Shown piece by piece: positions 34,678 to 44,594 of a stretch of 64,000 bases of DNA (its first letter is position 1; every line of letters starts with the position of its first letter). Below the pieces are notes generated by a model, which ran no database searches, had not been told where the DNA came from, and saw nothing but the letters and a program-made list of their open reading frames with translations. A program made the translations under genes and the position numbers. The stretch comes from a virus, in IMG/VR virus record IMGVR_UViG_3300021371_000004, positions 1-64,000 of that record; one strand, given 5' to 3'.

Positions 34678-35703
34678 TTACTTTTGGGTGGTTTTACGGA
34701 TTGCGTTGACGTATCGGTCCATAGAAGGAGAAGTTTCTTCAGACAGAGCAACAGCTTCGTCTTCTTCAACAACTTCTTCGGCGACTTCTACACTCTTCGC
34801 AAAGAAAGATTCTTTGATGGTTTCAACTTTCGATGCAAATTGCTCTACATCTTCAAAGTCAACACCCTCAACGAGTTCTTCAAACTTTTCTACCTGAGTA
34901 TCGGCAAGGTCAGCAACTGCTTCAGATACAACCAGTTCGCGCTGGAGCAGTTCAACTGCTTCGCTCAACTCGATTGCGTCTTGAGTGGTAGTGTTAAGAG
35001 CTTCTTCAAGTTCTTCTACCTGATCTGCCAGATCGTCAACTAGGTCAACCTTTGATTCGGGTACTTCGATGTAAGACTCAACGAACAGTCCTTTCAGACC
35101 TTCCATAAAGTTCTCAGCAATCTCGGCACGCAAACCGCTTTCGATAGCAACTTCGTTCTCTGCCATCCAGTTCTCAACAACATAGTTAAGGTAGGAATCG
35201 ACTTTCTCGACCAACTCTTCAGACTGCGCAGCAGTCTCTTCAGCGAGTTTTTCTTCGTAAGCGGATTCAATTCGCTCGACTTCTTCAGCGAGCTTTGATG
35301 CCAATGCTGCTTCAAAGATTACAGCAGTTTTTTCTTTGAACTCTTCTGAAAGAGTTGCTTCGGAATCAACCAGAGCACCCAATTCATCAGAAACAAAGTC
35401 ATCTACATCTTCAGCAACGAGGTCATCATCGGAAAGATCAACGTCTTCGCCCATGATAGCACCGTATGAAGCGGCAAGATCTACCTTCTTCATACCGCTC
35501 AACTTACCGTAAGCGGCAGCGAGCATTGCGCCTTTAGTCTTTGGCATTGGTTCACTGTTACGCTTGTCGCCCTTACGTGCTGGTGCTTGCTTAGTAGCAT
35601 CACCTGCTTTATCAGTAGCGGCAACAGATTGCGCTTCAGCGTTCTTCATGTCATGTCCTTCTGCGACGTCATCATGAAGTTCTACACTATTTTCTTCATC
35701 CAT
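34678..35703 (-). CDS. gp22: Prohead scaffolding/core protein
   Basis: LSEEFKEK.AVIFEAA, YLNYVVENW, FVESYIEVP; acidic coiled coil. Confidence 0.94.
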   Translation of the reverse strand: MDEENSVELHDDVAEGHDMKNAEAQSVAATDKAGDATKQAPARKGDKRNSEPMPKTKGAMLAAAYGKLSGMKKVDLAASYGAIMGEDVDLSDDDLVAEDVDDFVSDELGALVDSEATLSEEFKEKTAVIFEAALASKLAEEVERIESAYEEKLAEETAAQSEELVEKVDSYLNYVVENWMAENEVAIESGLRAEIAENFMEGLKGLFVESYIEVPESKVDLVDDLADQVEELEEALNTTTQDAIELSEAVELLQRELVVSEAVADLADTQVEKFEELVEGVDFEDVEQFASKVETIKESFFAKSVEVAEEVVEEDEAVALSEETSPSMDRYVNAIRKTTQK

Positions 35704-35715
35704 AATGGACTCCTT

Positions 35716-36381
35716 TTATAAGGTTTCTTTTAAAGACGAGAGGAAATTTTTGAACTCACGAGTCTGTTCAGCATACGAATATGTCCGTACAGAAGGAGTA
35801 ACGATTTCAGTCTCTTGTTCTTCACATATTTCCTGAGCGACCAAGATTCCTTTGCTCCACACCCAATCAACGCCTTCCATAATTCCATTAACGAAAGCAT
35901 TTGGTGCTGATGGATCTTGTACAATATCTATTGTACTTAAAGCAAAGTCTTCTCCGACATACGAGGCACCGCCACGTTGCTCAAGACTACCCATACCACG
36001 AGTTGAGACACCAAGGTTGACACCGCCCTCAAGCAAACCCTTTACGATTCTGCCCATAGGAGTATCTAATATTGATGCCTTTCCGATCACATCATTACCT
36101 TCAAAATGAAGATCAGTGATGAGATGCGAAACTTTGTCGAGGTTGACTGTTGGACCTTCGGGATGGTTCAACTCGCCAACTGCTCGGTTTTTTGAAACTT
36201 GTTCTGTAACGTACTTATCAACGGCAGACTTCATAGTTTTCTTCGGGTAGATTCGCCCGTTTCTATTCTTCTGCTCTGACTGTGCAAATACGCCTTCGAT
36301 CTTGAAAGACTTTTCGCCTTTCTCGTTCTTTTCAACGATACATTCAATATTGCTTTCGTTGAACTCAGTAATAAGTTTCAT
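35716..36381 (-). CDS. gp21: Prohead protease
   Basis: KNRNGRIYP, GELNHP, GVSTRGMGSL, DIVQDPSAPNA. Confidence 0.96.
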   Translation of the reverse strand: MKLITEFNESNIECIVEKNEKGEKSFKIEGVFAQSEQKNRNGRIYPKKTMKSAVDKYVTEQVSKNRAVGELNHPEGPTVNLDKVSHLITDLHFEGNDVIGKASILDTPMGRIVKGLLEGGVNLGVSTRGMGSLEQRGGASYVGEDFALSTIDIVQDPSAPNAFVNGIMEGVDWVWSKGILVAQEICEEQETEIVTPSVRTYSYAEQTREFKNFLSSLKETL

Positions 36382-36581
36382 TAAAACAATTCCTTGATTG
36401 CTGCCTCGATAGATTTAACAGCGTCCTTTTCAGAACGGAAGGTGTCGAGGAGGTCACCATCAATGTAAGCATCAAAACCTTTTTGGGTCTTGTATACAGC
36501 ACAAGTTACTTTCTTGTGCTTCTTGGTGTATACAACTTTGCCCTTTGGGGTTTTGTTCCTAAATTCTGAGAAGTATTTCAT
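36381..36581 (-). CDS. Small prohead core protein (gp68 position)
   Basis: Synteny between gp67-like and gp21; late promoter upstream. Confidence 0.6.
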   Translation of the reverse strand: MKYFSEFRNKTPKGKVVYTKKHKKVTCAVYKTQKGFDAYIDGDLLDTFRSEKDAVKSIEAAIKELF

Positions 36582-36587
36582 ACCTTT

Positions 36588-36595
36588 TATTTATA
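36588..36595 (-). promoter_or_regulatory. T4-type late promoter
   Basis: TATAAATA. Confidence 0.8.
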
Positions 36596-36601
36596 CCGAT
36601 T

Positions 36602-37048
36602 CTATTCTTCAGTGTCATCGTCAGAAAGAATATCAGAAATATCTTCTTCTGCTTCTTCTTCGCCGTAGATGCCAAGTTCGTCTTCGACTTCTTCGTGCTC
36701 ATCTTCGGGAAGTTCTAAGTCAGTTTCTGCTTCCAATTCTGCTTCGAAGTCAGTCTCTGCTTCTACTTCGTCGTCTACTTCTGCTTCAACTTCAGCGTCA
36801 AACTCTTGTTCGAACTGATCAGAAAAATCTTCTTCGGCATCGTCTTCGACTTCTTCTGCTTCGGACTCGCCGTTGTAGACTTCTCCAGCAATTCGAATCT
36901 TTTCTTGCTCAAGGGCATCATCTATCCTTCCTGCCATCAGGTCGGCAAAGATCTGTCCTGTTTGGTGACCTTCGCCATTCTTAATTGAATGTAGCAGGTC
37001 ATCGATGCTCGGGGTAACAACTTCCACGTCCAGTGTATCGTCGCTCAT
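36602..37048 (-). CDS. Acidic prohead core protein (gp67-like)
   Basis: Follows portal; F..LM..RI.DALEQ.KI.IA followed by a D/E-rich tail. Confidence 0.7.
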   Translation of the reverse strand: MSDDTLDVEVVTPSIDDLLHSIKNGEGHQTGQIFADLMAGRIDDALEQEKIRIAGEVYNGESEAEEVEDDAEEDFSDQFEQEFDAEVEAEVDDEVEAETDFEAELEAETDLELPEDEHEEVEDELGIYGEEEAEEDISDILSDDDTEE

Positions 37049-37091
37049 AATAATCTCCAGTTAAATGTTACAGATTTATATAGGTTGGTTC

Positions 37092-38651
37092 TTATTGATC
37101 GTCTTCGCCAGCATCTGGGTCAACTTCGCCAGATTCTATCTCAGAAGCGATCTGCTTTTTCATTTCTTCGTTTTCTACATCATTGAATCGGAAGATGTTT
37201 TTCATTACCCAATCTTTACTCAGGTACTCACCAACATACTGTGATGCTTGGTCGACCAATTGAAGTCGTTGCGCGAGAACCTCGGCATCCTTCAACTCGG
37301 TGTAGTGGTTGTCTTTGTAAAAATCAACAGACACTCGGTTGTGGAAAAGTTCTTTCCAATCTGAGTCAGTGATAACACCACGCAGTATAAGTTGTTGCCG
37401 TAGTATATGCAAGAACAACTTGGAGAAGCGTGTGCGCAATCTGGTAATGAATTTTTGAAACTTAATTTCTTCTCGGTTAATTTCCGTGGCGCGACCCAAA
37501 GAGTATGCCGATTCCTGCTCAAGGCGGGAAACAGGCACATTCAATGCTTGGTACACTTTTCGTTGGAAGTATTTGACGTCATCAATCTCGCCAAGGTTAC
37601 TGCCACCTGGAAGTGTAGTCACTTCAGTACCACGACCACCTTCACGGCGAGGCAACCAGAAGTCGTCCAGCATAGACATATGCTTGCGCTGGTCTTTTAG
37701 TTCGCCAGTTGCTTGGTCGTAAACCAGTTTGTTGCGGTAGCGAGTCATCAAGGAGTTAACATACTCCTCAGACTTACCCTTGGGCAGGTTGCCCGTATCA
37801 ACGTAGAAGATTCGACGCTCTGGCGCACGTGCTAAACGATAGATGATAAGAGAGTCTTCCATCATGCGCAGTTGATTGATTGGGCGCATTGCTTTGTGTA
37901 GGTGAGAGACGACCCTTGCTCTGGTTTCATCGAGTAGACCAGAAGTGACATAGGAAACGGAGTCGGTACTTAACCGAACGCTGGTGTTCTGGGCATCATG
38001 TTGCGCCACTGCACCTTTCTTTGATTGATTAGCAGCTTTCTCGTTGAAGATGAAAAACTCTTCAACTCGGTCAACAACCTTCACGCCATCTGGGTTCGTC
38101 TTTTTCTTGACGTTCTTGACCTTACGGATTTTGAGAGAGTCGATGTGTCGAATTTCTTTGATGCCTTCGGATTGTTTGGTAGAATCCACAACAAGGTGGT
38201 GGTATAGTCTACCGTCAACATACCAAGAACGGAAAATGTCATGAGCACGTTCTTCGAAAGAAAGAAGGTTGAGAACTCCTTCGAATTCTTCAACAACCTT
38301 TGTTTTTATTTTGGGCGAAACTTTTACATCATCCAAATTGATGTTAACAAGTGCTTCGTTTTCTGGGACAACGATTGCTTCGTTCACTATCTCTTCGATT
38401 GCCATATCCACTTCGGGGTGGGCAGCATTCATTCGATATTTTTTTATCAGGTCTGTTTGATCTTTGAAATTGAGGTCGGCATAGATGTCCATGTGCATGC
38501 CGTAGTGAAATGATGGTGACGTAACATATCCTGCTCCATCATCGTCTGTGGGTGGAACGACGGATGCTGACGCTTGAGGAGTAATTGCTTCCTTGTCTTT
38601 CTTCGAGCGTTGAATCTCGAATCCAAACAATTTAATTCCATTATCTGCCAT
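37092..38651 (-). CDS. gp20: Portal protein
   Basis: LFGFEI, WYVDGR, IYRLARAPERRIFYVD.GNLPK, DFWLPRREGGRGTE. Confidence 0.98.
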   Translation of the reverse strand: MADNGIKLFGFEIQRSKKDKEAITPQASASVVPPTDDDGAGYVTSPSFHYGMHMDIYADLNFKDQTDLIKKYRMNAAHPEVDMAIEEIVNEAIVVPENEALVNINLDDVKVSPKIKTKVVEEFEGVLNLLSFEERAHDIFRSWYVDGRLYHHLVVDSTKQSEGIKEIRHIDSLKIRKVKNVKKKTNPDGVKVVDRVEEFFIFNEKAANQSKKGAVAQHDAQNTSVRLSTDSVSYVTSGLLDETRARVVSHLHKAMRPINQLRMMEDSLIIYRLARAPERRIFYVDTGNLPKGKSEEYVNSLMTRYRNKLVYDQATGELKDQRKHMSMLDDFWLPRREGGRGTEVTTLPGGSNLGEIDDVKYFQRKVYQALNVPVSRLEQESAYSLGRATEINREEIKFQKFITRLRTRFSKLFLHILRQQLILRGVITDSDWKELFHNRVSVDFYKDNHYTELKDAEVLAQRLQLVDQASQYVGEYLSKDWVMKNIFRFNDVENEEMKKQIASEIESGEVDPDAGEDDQ

Positions 38652-38679
38652 CTTGTTTTCCTGTGTTGTGATATAATAT

Positions 38680-38711
38680 AAAAAAGCAGGAGGAGTTTCC
38701 TCCTCCTGCTT
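38680..38711 (-). terminator. Rho-independent terminator after gp19
   Basis: AAGCAGGAGGAG-GAAA-CTCCTCCTGCTT followed by Ts. Confidence 0.85.
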
Positions 38712-38734
38712 CTACTTATAACGACTCTCCAACC

Positions 38735-39274
38735 TTAGTTGGTGTTGTCGTTTGTCCAGTAGTCGTACTCAACCGTAACGGTGAACTGCTCAATCTCGCC
38801 TACCTGAGAGTAGTCGAGGTCGATAGCAGAAACGTTTACAGGGAAGCAGTTTTTCAAGAAGTAAGTCTTGACACCGCGACCTGCTTGATCGAGTTGAATG
38901 ACTTCCATATTAGAAGCATACGTCCCGAAACCAGCGTTATTAGATTGAATGCCAACGTTTCCGGCATGAGTATTCATGCCGTCCATCCATGCTTCAAAAG
39001 CATCTCGAACTTGGAAGTCAGTGTCATTATAGACAGTGATTGTCCAAGGTTCAAACGTTCGGTCACCCGCCAGTTTGACGATACGCCCACGGAAAGGGAC
39101 TTCAACAGGGTTGATTGTGGATGCAGGCAGTTGCGCTGCACGACACATGAAGTTGGTTATTTCTTTGCTTCCGCCAGAGTATCCTGGGAAACTAACATTA
39201 ACCTCGAACATGTTCGAGCGTGCACCGCCACCGGTCAACTTACCTTTGAAGTCATCTACGCGTAAAATTGCCAT
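38735..39274 (-). CDS. gp19: Tail tube protein
   Basis: GGARSNMF, AAQLP, FRGR..K.AGDRTF..WT.T..ND, F.V...YDYW. Confidence 0.96.
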   Translation of the reverse strand: MAILRVDDFKGKLTGGGARSNMFEVNVSFPGYSGGSKEITNFMCRAAQLPASTINPVEVPFRGRIVKLAGDRTFEPWTITVYNDTDFQVRDAFEAWMDGMNTHAGNVGIQSNNAGFGTYASNMEVIQLDQAGRGVKTYFLKNCFPVNVSAIDLDYSQVGEIEQFTVTVEYDYWTNDNTN

Positions 39275-39297
39275 CTTAATATCTCCTTAGATGATTT

Positions 39298-41088
39298 CTA
39301 TGAAAGCGTACCAATCACTTCTTCAAAATCAAGTCCGGCGCGAGTAGCGACAAAGTTGAGAGTGATGAAGTTGATTGCGTAAGCAGGTTTGATGAATACA
39401 GAAGCAACCAGTTCATTGCGCGCACGCACTTCTTCTGTGTTGTTTCTTGCGTCGCACTGAACGTAGAATTCTTCGATACCGCGACGTGCTTGGATCTCAC
39501 GAAGAAGTGGTTCGACGATTGCTACAAACTCAGAGCGGGTGAATTCATCGTTAAACTCGAACATAAAGTTACGAGCAGCGAGCGCGACAGATTTCTCGAC
39601 CGCGAGGAACAAACGACGAACATTGATGCGATCGAACGCACTTGCTCGTGATTGCTTAGTCTTGTCTCCGAACAACAGGATACCGCGACCACTGAATTGG
39701 ACAATGGGGTTTACATTGGCCTTATACAGCGTGTCTCGTTGCGCCTTGGTAGGAGAGTATGCGATGGAAGTGGCACCGAGGTATTCGCCTCGACGTTCTC
39801 CAGCAGGAGAGTACCATGGTCCGTAATTAGCATCAGTAGCAGCAAGCAGACCAGCAGTACTGGAAGCAGCAGGTACATAGATGTAATTGTCGTTGTACTT
39901 ATCGTATACACGCAGATAGTTGTTATCAACTATCAGATAGGAACCAGCAGTTCCGCCTGGAAACTGATTGGTGGTTGCGAGGGTAGATGTAACAGGATCG
40001 GTATTGCCTACCACTGCTGCGCGATCAGGGGAAGCCACAACAACGCAGTCTTTGCGGGTTGCAGATGCGATTCCAGTCAGGTCATTGACAACAGTTACCT
40101 GCTCTTCGGAATTAGGCATTCCTGGAGCAATGAGTATTTGTACGTCAATTTCGTCTTGGTTCTCGAAGTTGTTGAATGCCTGCGTGTAGTCTGCTGCAAC
40201 AAGTCCAGTGCTGTTTTTCCCGTTAGACAGAGAAACCTCAGCAGAGTCCAGAGATGTGTAGAAAACGTTCTGGGCATAGTCCTTAGTTCCTGATGGTTCG
40301 GTGCCCCAGTTGGAACCATATATCATGACGTCAGAATCGAAGTCGCCGAAACGGATGTACTTAGAAGAGTTGTTGATAACAGATCCAAGGTAGTTGTCAC
40401 CGTTGTCTACTGTCTTTGCGCCCTTCGCAACAGAAACGAATGGGAATACTTCCAAAACAGAACCAACTGTTCCAGATATTGCCCCGTCCTCGTCAATTAC
40501 CGCAACGTGAACTTCGTCATTGGTTATGGTTCCTGCGGGGAATTTCTCTGATGCCCAGGAACTGGTTCCTGGCTGCGCATCGAAGTTGGCACCGTATGCC
40601 CAAGTGTTGAAGTTGTTGACAGTTTCTTGGGAGTTCGCAGAATCTCCTGACTGAATCGAGAAAATAGAAACTTTCAAAGAGTTGCCCAGAATACCTGGAT
40701 ATTTCGCAATGAACATTTCTGAACTCGTGGCGGTTTCCCACTGTTCGTCGTTGTAAACCTCTTGGGTAGAAGAACCACTGACGCTGTTATATGCGCGGTT
40801 AATTGGAACTGCTGATGAAGTTGTCACTTGTCTGTTTACGATAAGGTTTCCGGAGTAACGCAGGTACTGCGCAGCAGAGAAGTAGTCAACAGCGTTGAAT
40901 TCATTCGGAGTTCCGAATACTTCAGCAAGTTGTGCTTCGTCTTGAATGCGAGTGGGTACGTCTACTGGTCCCCAGTTAAAATCTCCAACCATACCGGACA
41001 AAGAAGTTTCGACATTTGGCCCAACGCCAGTGAGGTCGATTTCTTTAACAACGATTGCTGGAGAAACTGATGGTGTTGTAAGTGCCAT
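39298..41088 (-). CDS. gp18: Tail sheath protein
   Basis: SPAIVVKEIDLT, WYSPAG..RG, FDRINVRRLF, FEFNDEFTR, INFITLNF. Confidence 0.97.
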   Translation of the reverse strand: MALTTPSVSPAIVVKEIDLTGVGPNVETSLSGMVGDFNWGPVDVPTRIQDEAQLAEVFGTPNEFNAVDYFSAAQYLRYSGNLIVNRQVTTSSAVPINRAYNSVSGSSTQEVYNDEQWETATSSEMFIAKYPGILGNSLKVSIFSIQSGDSANSQETVNNFNTWAYGANFDAQPGTSSWASEKFPAGTITNDEVHVAVIDEDGAISGTVGSVLEVFPFVSVAKGAKTVDNGDNYLGSVINNSSKYIRFGDFDSDVMIYGSNWGTEPSGTKDYAQNVFYTSLDSAEVSLSNGKNSTGLVAADYTQAFNNFENQDEIDVQILIAPGMPNSEEQVTVVNDLTGIASATRKDCVVVASPDRAAVVGNTDPVTSTLATTNQFPGGTAGSYLIVDNNYLRVYDKYNDNYIYVPAASSTAGLLAATDANYGPWYSPAGERRGEYLGATSIAYSPTKAQRDTLYKANVNPIVQFSGRGILLFGDKTKQSRASAFDRINVRRLFLAVEKSVALAARNFMFEFNDEFTRSEFVAIVEPLLREIQARRGIEEFYVQCDARNNTEEVRARNELVASVFIKPAYAINFITLNFVATRAGLDFEEVIGTLS

Positions 41089-41167
41089 TTTTGTTTCCTC
41101 GTTTTCGATCGAAAAATTATATGTTACATGATAAGTATGACACTCGCCATCGAGCGTTCAATGTTCT

Positions 41168-41175
41168 TATTTATA
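41168..41175 (-). promoter_or_regulatory. T4-type late promoter (gp18)
   Basis: TATAAATA. Confidence 0.8.
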
Positions 41176-41191
41176 CTCCCCAGCATTTACG

Positions 41192-42823
41192 CTAAAATTC
41201 TCGGTCGTACATGCTCCAAGGATCGAGTTTTTCTTCGTATGTAATTTCTTCTACAGGGTCTGGGCGGAAACCAAATGGCGGGACATCCTCTTCAATTTCC
41301 TGCATCCTTTGGTCAAACATCATCTTCTTTATGTTAATGTCTGTGAGTTCTTGGAAGAATGTGGTACTTGTCAAGTAACCAAGCAACACAAAGTTCATCA
41401 CGAGGTCGTCGTGGTTTCCGGGGGATGCTTCATATGAAGCACCCTTGACCTCAAATGTGGATATTTCAAGTATAGTATTCTCGTCGACAATGTCGAGTTT
41501 GTTTGTTTCCATCAGGTCTTTGAATCCGGAGCAACCTATCCTTTTTGTTCTGCGGGTCATCTCTACACCAACTCCGCTGGACTTGGTCATGGACTCCATG
41601 TGGACGTTTTCATATTCCATCTCATGATAGATTCCATTACAAACCAAGGCACCTGCATCGTTTGATTCTATGACGACATATGCAGTGTTGTAGGAATTCG
41701 CCCACTTATAAATAATGTCAGGAAAGAGCAACGGAGAGATAAGATTGTTGCGATAGACAGCGACCTGCTTGAATGGTCTGCTACTGATATCGACTACGTT
41801 AAACGTACTAAAATCCTGCCCCCTTCCTTTTGCAACGTCAACGCACATGACGTATTGCGACCCCTTACGAGGTTCATCGTACACAAGTAGGTCACCGCCT
41901 TCTAGTATCTTGATTGGTCTGGAAGTCTTCAGGTTCAACAGAGTTTCTGGATTGATTAGCGTATCCCCTGTCCCAAAGAACGTATTACCAAACTCTTGGT
42001 CAAACTGAATCTGTGAAGTGTTCGCAATGGTCTCTTGCTTCCATGCTTCATCTCTCCCAGGAACGTCCCACCAATCTACCCTGAATGGTTTGAATTCATT
42101 TACTCCCTGAACTGCACCCTCCCATATCTTATGGAATGGATTGCCGATACCATTGGCAGTTGATGTTACGATAACCTTGGTGTTCTTACCAGAAGATACA
42201 ACAGGATATGTTGACGTGTAGAACTCTGCTGCCTTTTCGACGAAAGCAAACTCATCCATGAACAGCAGGTTAACAGACTGACCCCGAATAGAGGAACCAG
42301 AAGTCGCGGCAGCAAATACTTTTGAGTTGTTACTAAACTCGATCGTGCCTTTGTTCAGACTCTTACAACCTGGCTGAAGAAAGAATGGAAGGTTCTCAAG
42401 CATCAGGGTTATACGAGAGAGCATCTCCCGAGCAGTAGCACCTTTGTTCGCAACGATGGCAATGTTTTGTTCAGTGTGGAATATGGCATACCAAAGTATG
42501 AACCCGACAGAAGAAATAGACTTACCAGATTGGCGGCAAGCAAGGATAACAGAGAACCTGTTATTCATGAAGTGGTCAAACATCTTCTCTTGGTATGGGT
42601 ACAGGTCAAAGGGAACCAGACCATCATTCAAGTTGATAACCTTCAGATATGTCCTCGCAAAGTATGCAGGGTCGGACATGCACTTGGCATATTCCGAAAC
42701 CATGTCCTTGGTCCAATCCTCCTCAACACCGTCTTTCTTTACATGTGGGTTGGCAAGATAGTGGGTGTCGGGTTTTAGTTTGGAATCAGGTATCTGTGCT
42801 ATCTGTAGGGGTGATGTGCTCAT
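41192..42823 (-). CDS. gp17: Terminase large subunit
   Basis: RQSGKS, FMDEFAF, TSTANG, VDVAKGRGQDFS, HDDLVM. Confidence 0.97.
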   Translation of the reverse strand: MSTSPLQIAQIPDSKLKPDTHYLANPHVKKDGVEEDWTKDMVSEYAKCMSDPAYFARTYLKVINLNDGLVPFDLYPYQEKMFDHFMNNRFSVILACRQSGKSISSVGFILWYAIFHTEQNIAIVANKGATAREMLSRITLMLENLPFFLQPGCKSLNKGTIEFSNNSKVFAAATSGSSIRGQSVNLLFMDEFAFVEKAAEFYTSTYPVVSSGKNTKVIVTSTANGIGNPFHKIWEGAVQGVNEFKPFRVDWWDVPGRDEAWKQETIANTSQIQFDQEFGNTFFGTGDTLINPETLLNLKTSRPIKILEGGDLLVYDEPRKGSQYVMCVDVAKGRGQDFSTFNVVDISSRPFKQVAVYRNNLISPLLFPDIIYKWANSYNTAYVVIESNDAGALVCNGIYHEMEYENVHMESMTKSSGVGVEMTRRTKRIGCSGFKDLMETNKLDIVDENTILEISTFEVKGASYEASPGNHDDLVMNFVLLGYLTSTTFFQELTDINIKKMMFDQRMQEIEEDVPPFGFRPDPVEEITYEEKLDPWSMYDREF

Positions 42824-43172
42824 ACTCTGCTGTCACTTCTTTCTCATTGTTTACATCTTGCAGCATTCGTTGCAAGTCAGTGGTGGAACCAATGAAGACA
42901 TTGGTTTGTCCAGCGGGGAGTTCTTTTGGTTTTGGGGCATCTTCTTTTTCGAGATCTTTCTTCTGTTGTTGTAGTCTCAACAACTGGTTGGAAACATCAG
43001 CGGTGTCCTTCATTAGTTTAGCAAGGACTTCATATGCACGAGGGTGTTCGGATTCCTTGGCGACCTCGAGCATCTCCTCCATACCCTCACGACCTTTACA
43101 GATCATATCGTATAGAGTTTCTCGGGCAAACTCGTAATCATTTTCCTTGTCGCCGTTTTCTTTACTCATCAC
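42786..43172 (-). CDS. gp16: Terminase small subunit
   Basis: DYEFARE, SEHPRAYEV, NVFIGSTTDLQRML. Confidence 0.93.
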   Translation of the reverse strand: MMSKENGDKENDYEFARETLYDMICKGREGMEEMLEVAKESEHPRAYEVLAKLMKDTADVSNQLLRLQQQKKDLEKEDAPKPKELPAGQTNVFIGSTTDLQRMLQDVNNEKEVTAEYEHITPTDSTDT

Positions 43173-43181
43173 AAAACCTTA

Positions 43182-43978
43182 TCACGTAAATGGATGTGGC
43201 ACGTATTGATCGCTATCAATTATTTCTGTAGTTATCGTATAGTCTGAATCAGGAGAAACTGGACTGGGGTCGGTCGACAACTTAATCGTCTCGGTATAGT
43301 CAGAATCTCTGGGAGAATCGCCATCCATATTATATAGGTCGATGTCTATCCGGTTGATGATCGCGGTGTCGTCTGCTTTCGGTCCATAGAAATTGACTTT
43401 CATATCAAACTGTAGAGTGTATATGATAGTCCTTCTAGACTCCATGGCACCTTCGAAGTCGTCGCTGAATACAACTGATTGTAGTATAACAGGGACATCT
43501 TCTACGATGTCAACACCATCGACAGGTTTGACTGAAAGCGTATACTGGGGAGCAAAGTATGGAAGTATCTGCTCAACAACCTGCAACGCATCGTCGTGTT
43601 GTTTGGCATATATGCTCAACTCAAAAGAAATTATATATGGAGTTGGCGTATAAAAATTCTTTCCGGTTCCAGCAGTATCTCCAGGTTTACAAAAGGTGTT
43701 CATCTTCGGCAACTGGCGTTGTGGGTCATATTGCATGTTGACGATCTCAAAAGACATGCGTGGTAATTTTATCGCCAGTTGCCTTTCGTTATCTTCTCCA
43801 TTATTCATCTCAGCAATACGCTCGAGGAATTTGCGCTGGGGGCATATGCCAGAGGAACCTTCATCTGGTCATAAGTAGTGCTACCCTTTTTGCGAATTAT
43901 ATAAAGGTTATTGAACATCGCGCCAAATATAGCAACAGACTTTCTGACACGCTCATTATAGAAATGGTCGCCAAAAAT
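43182..43978 (-). CDS. gp15: Tail sheath stabiliser, split by a 1-base frameshift at 43838-43842 and with an ATT apparent start
   Basis: FGDHFYNERVRK..KVPLAYAP in one frame joins QRKFLERI..LPRMSFE..QILPYFAP in the -1 frame. Confidence 0.85.
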
Positions 43979-43982
43979 TGTA

Positions 43983-44594
43983 CTACCCTCCTCTTCCGAA
44001 CGACCAACCAAGACTCAATCTTGCTTCCCATTCTTCCTTCGATACTTTCTGTGACTTATTATTCAGATACATCCACTTCTGCCCAATTCGTTTCTTCTTG
44101 AACTCTGGGTCTGCCCATCGCTTCAGGGCAGCGGTCTTGTAGTTGGTTGTGTCATCTGGTTTCGAGTATGTTATCTTACCTTCACGATGTGCTTTAGTCA
44201 GATTATAGCGAGAACTTTCCCTCTTACGCTCCTTTGATTCTTCGCTCCAGTCTGCGAATGCTCTTCGGTTTTCAAGATTCTTTATACGATCAAACGCAAC
44301 CACAGGTATGGCAATGTTGTCTGTGTGGTTCAGGTAGTTGACGTTCTTGACAAGACCTGCTCGTTTTATAACAGAGCATTCGTGTTGTCTCGCCTTGTCG
44401 GTATCTTCACCAAACGTCTTACGAATATCTATAACTTCTGGTGCTCCATGCTTCTCTGCATATGCCTGCACGTGCTTCGATGAGGTGAAGTAATTCTTCC
44501 ACAACTCAGAAGGATCGCAACCCTTGGCGTATCGAACACCATAGTAAGACATACCGGTGGACCATCTCAAGAGGTAACAGTAACTGTTCCTCAT
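43983..44594 (-). mobile_element. Free-standing GIY-YIG (Seg-like) homing endonuclease
   Basis: YCYLL...YYGVR...YFTSSK..., A..HE..., YLN; basic C-terminus; inserted between gp14 and gp15. Confidence 0.8.

Noticed and set aside
10098-42823. Inteins, introns or stop-codon reassignment in core genes
   Set aside because: gp43, gp46, uvsW, gp23, gp20 and gp17 are of normal length and uninterrupted in the standard code.
43182-43978. gp15 as a true pseudogene
   Set aside because: Essential gene, otherwise intact; a single homopolymer indel restores it.
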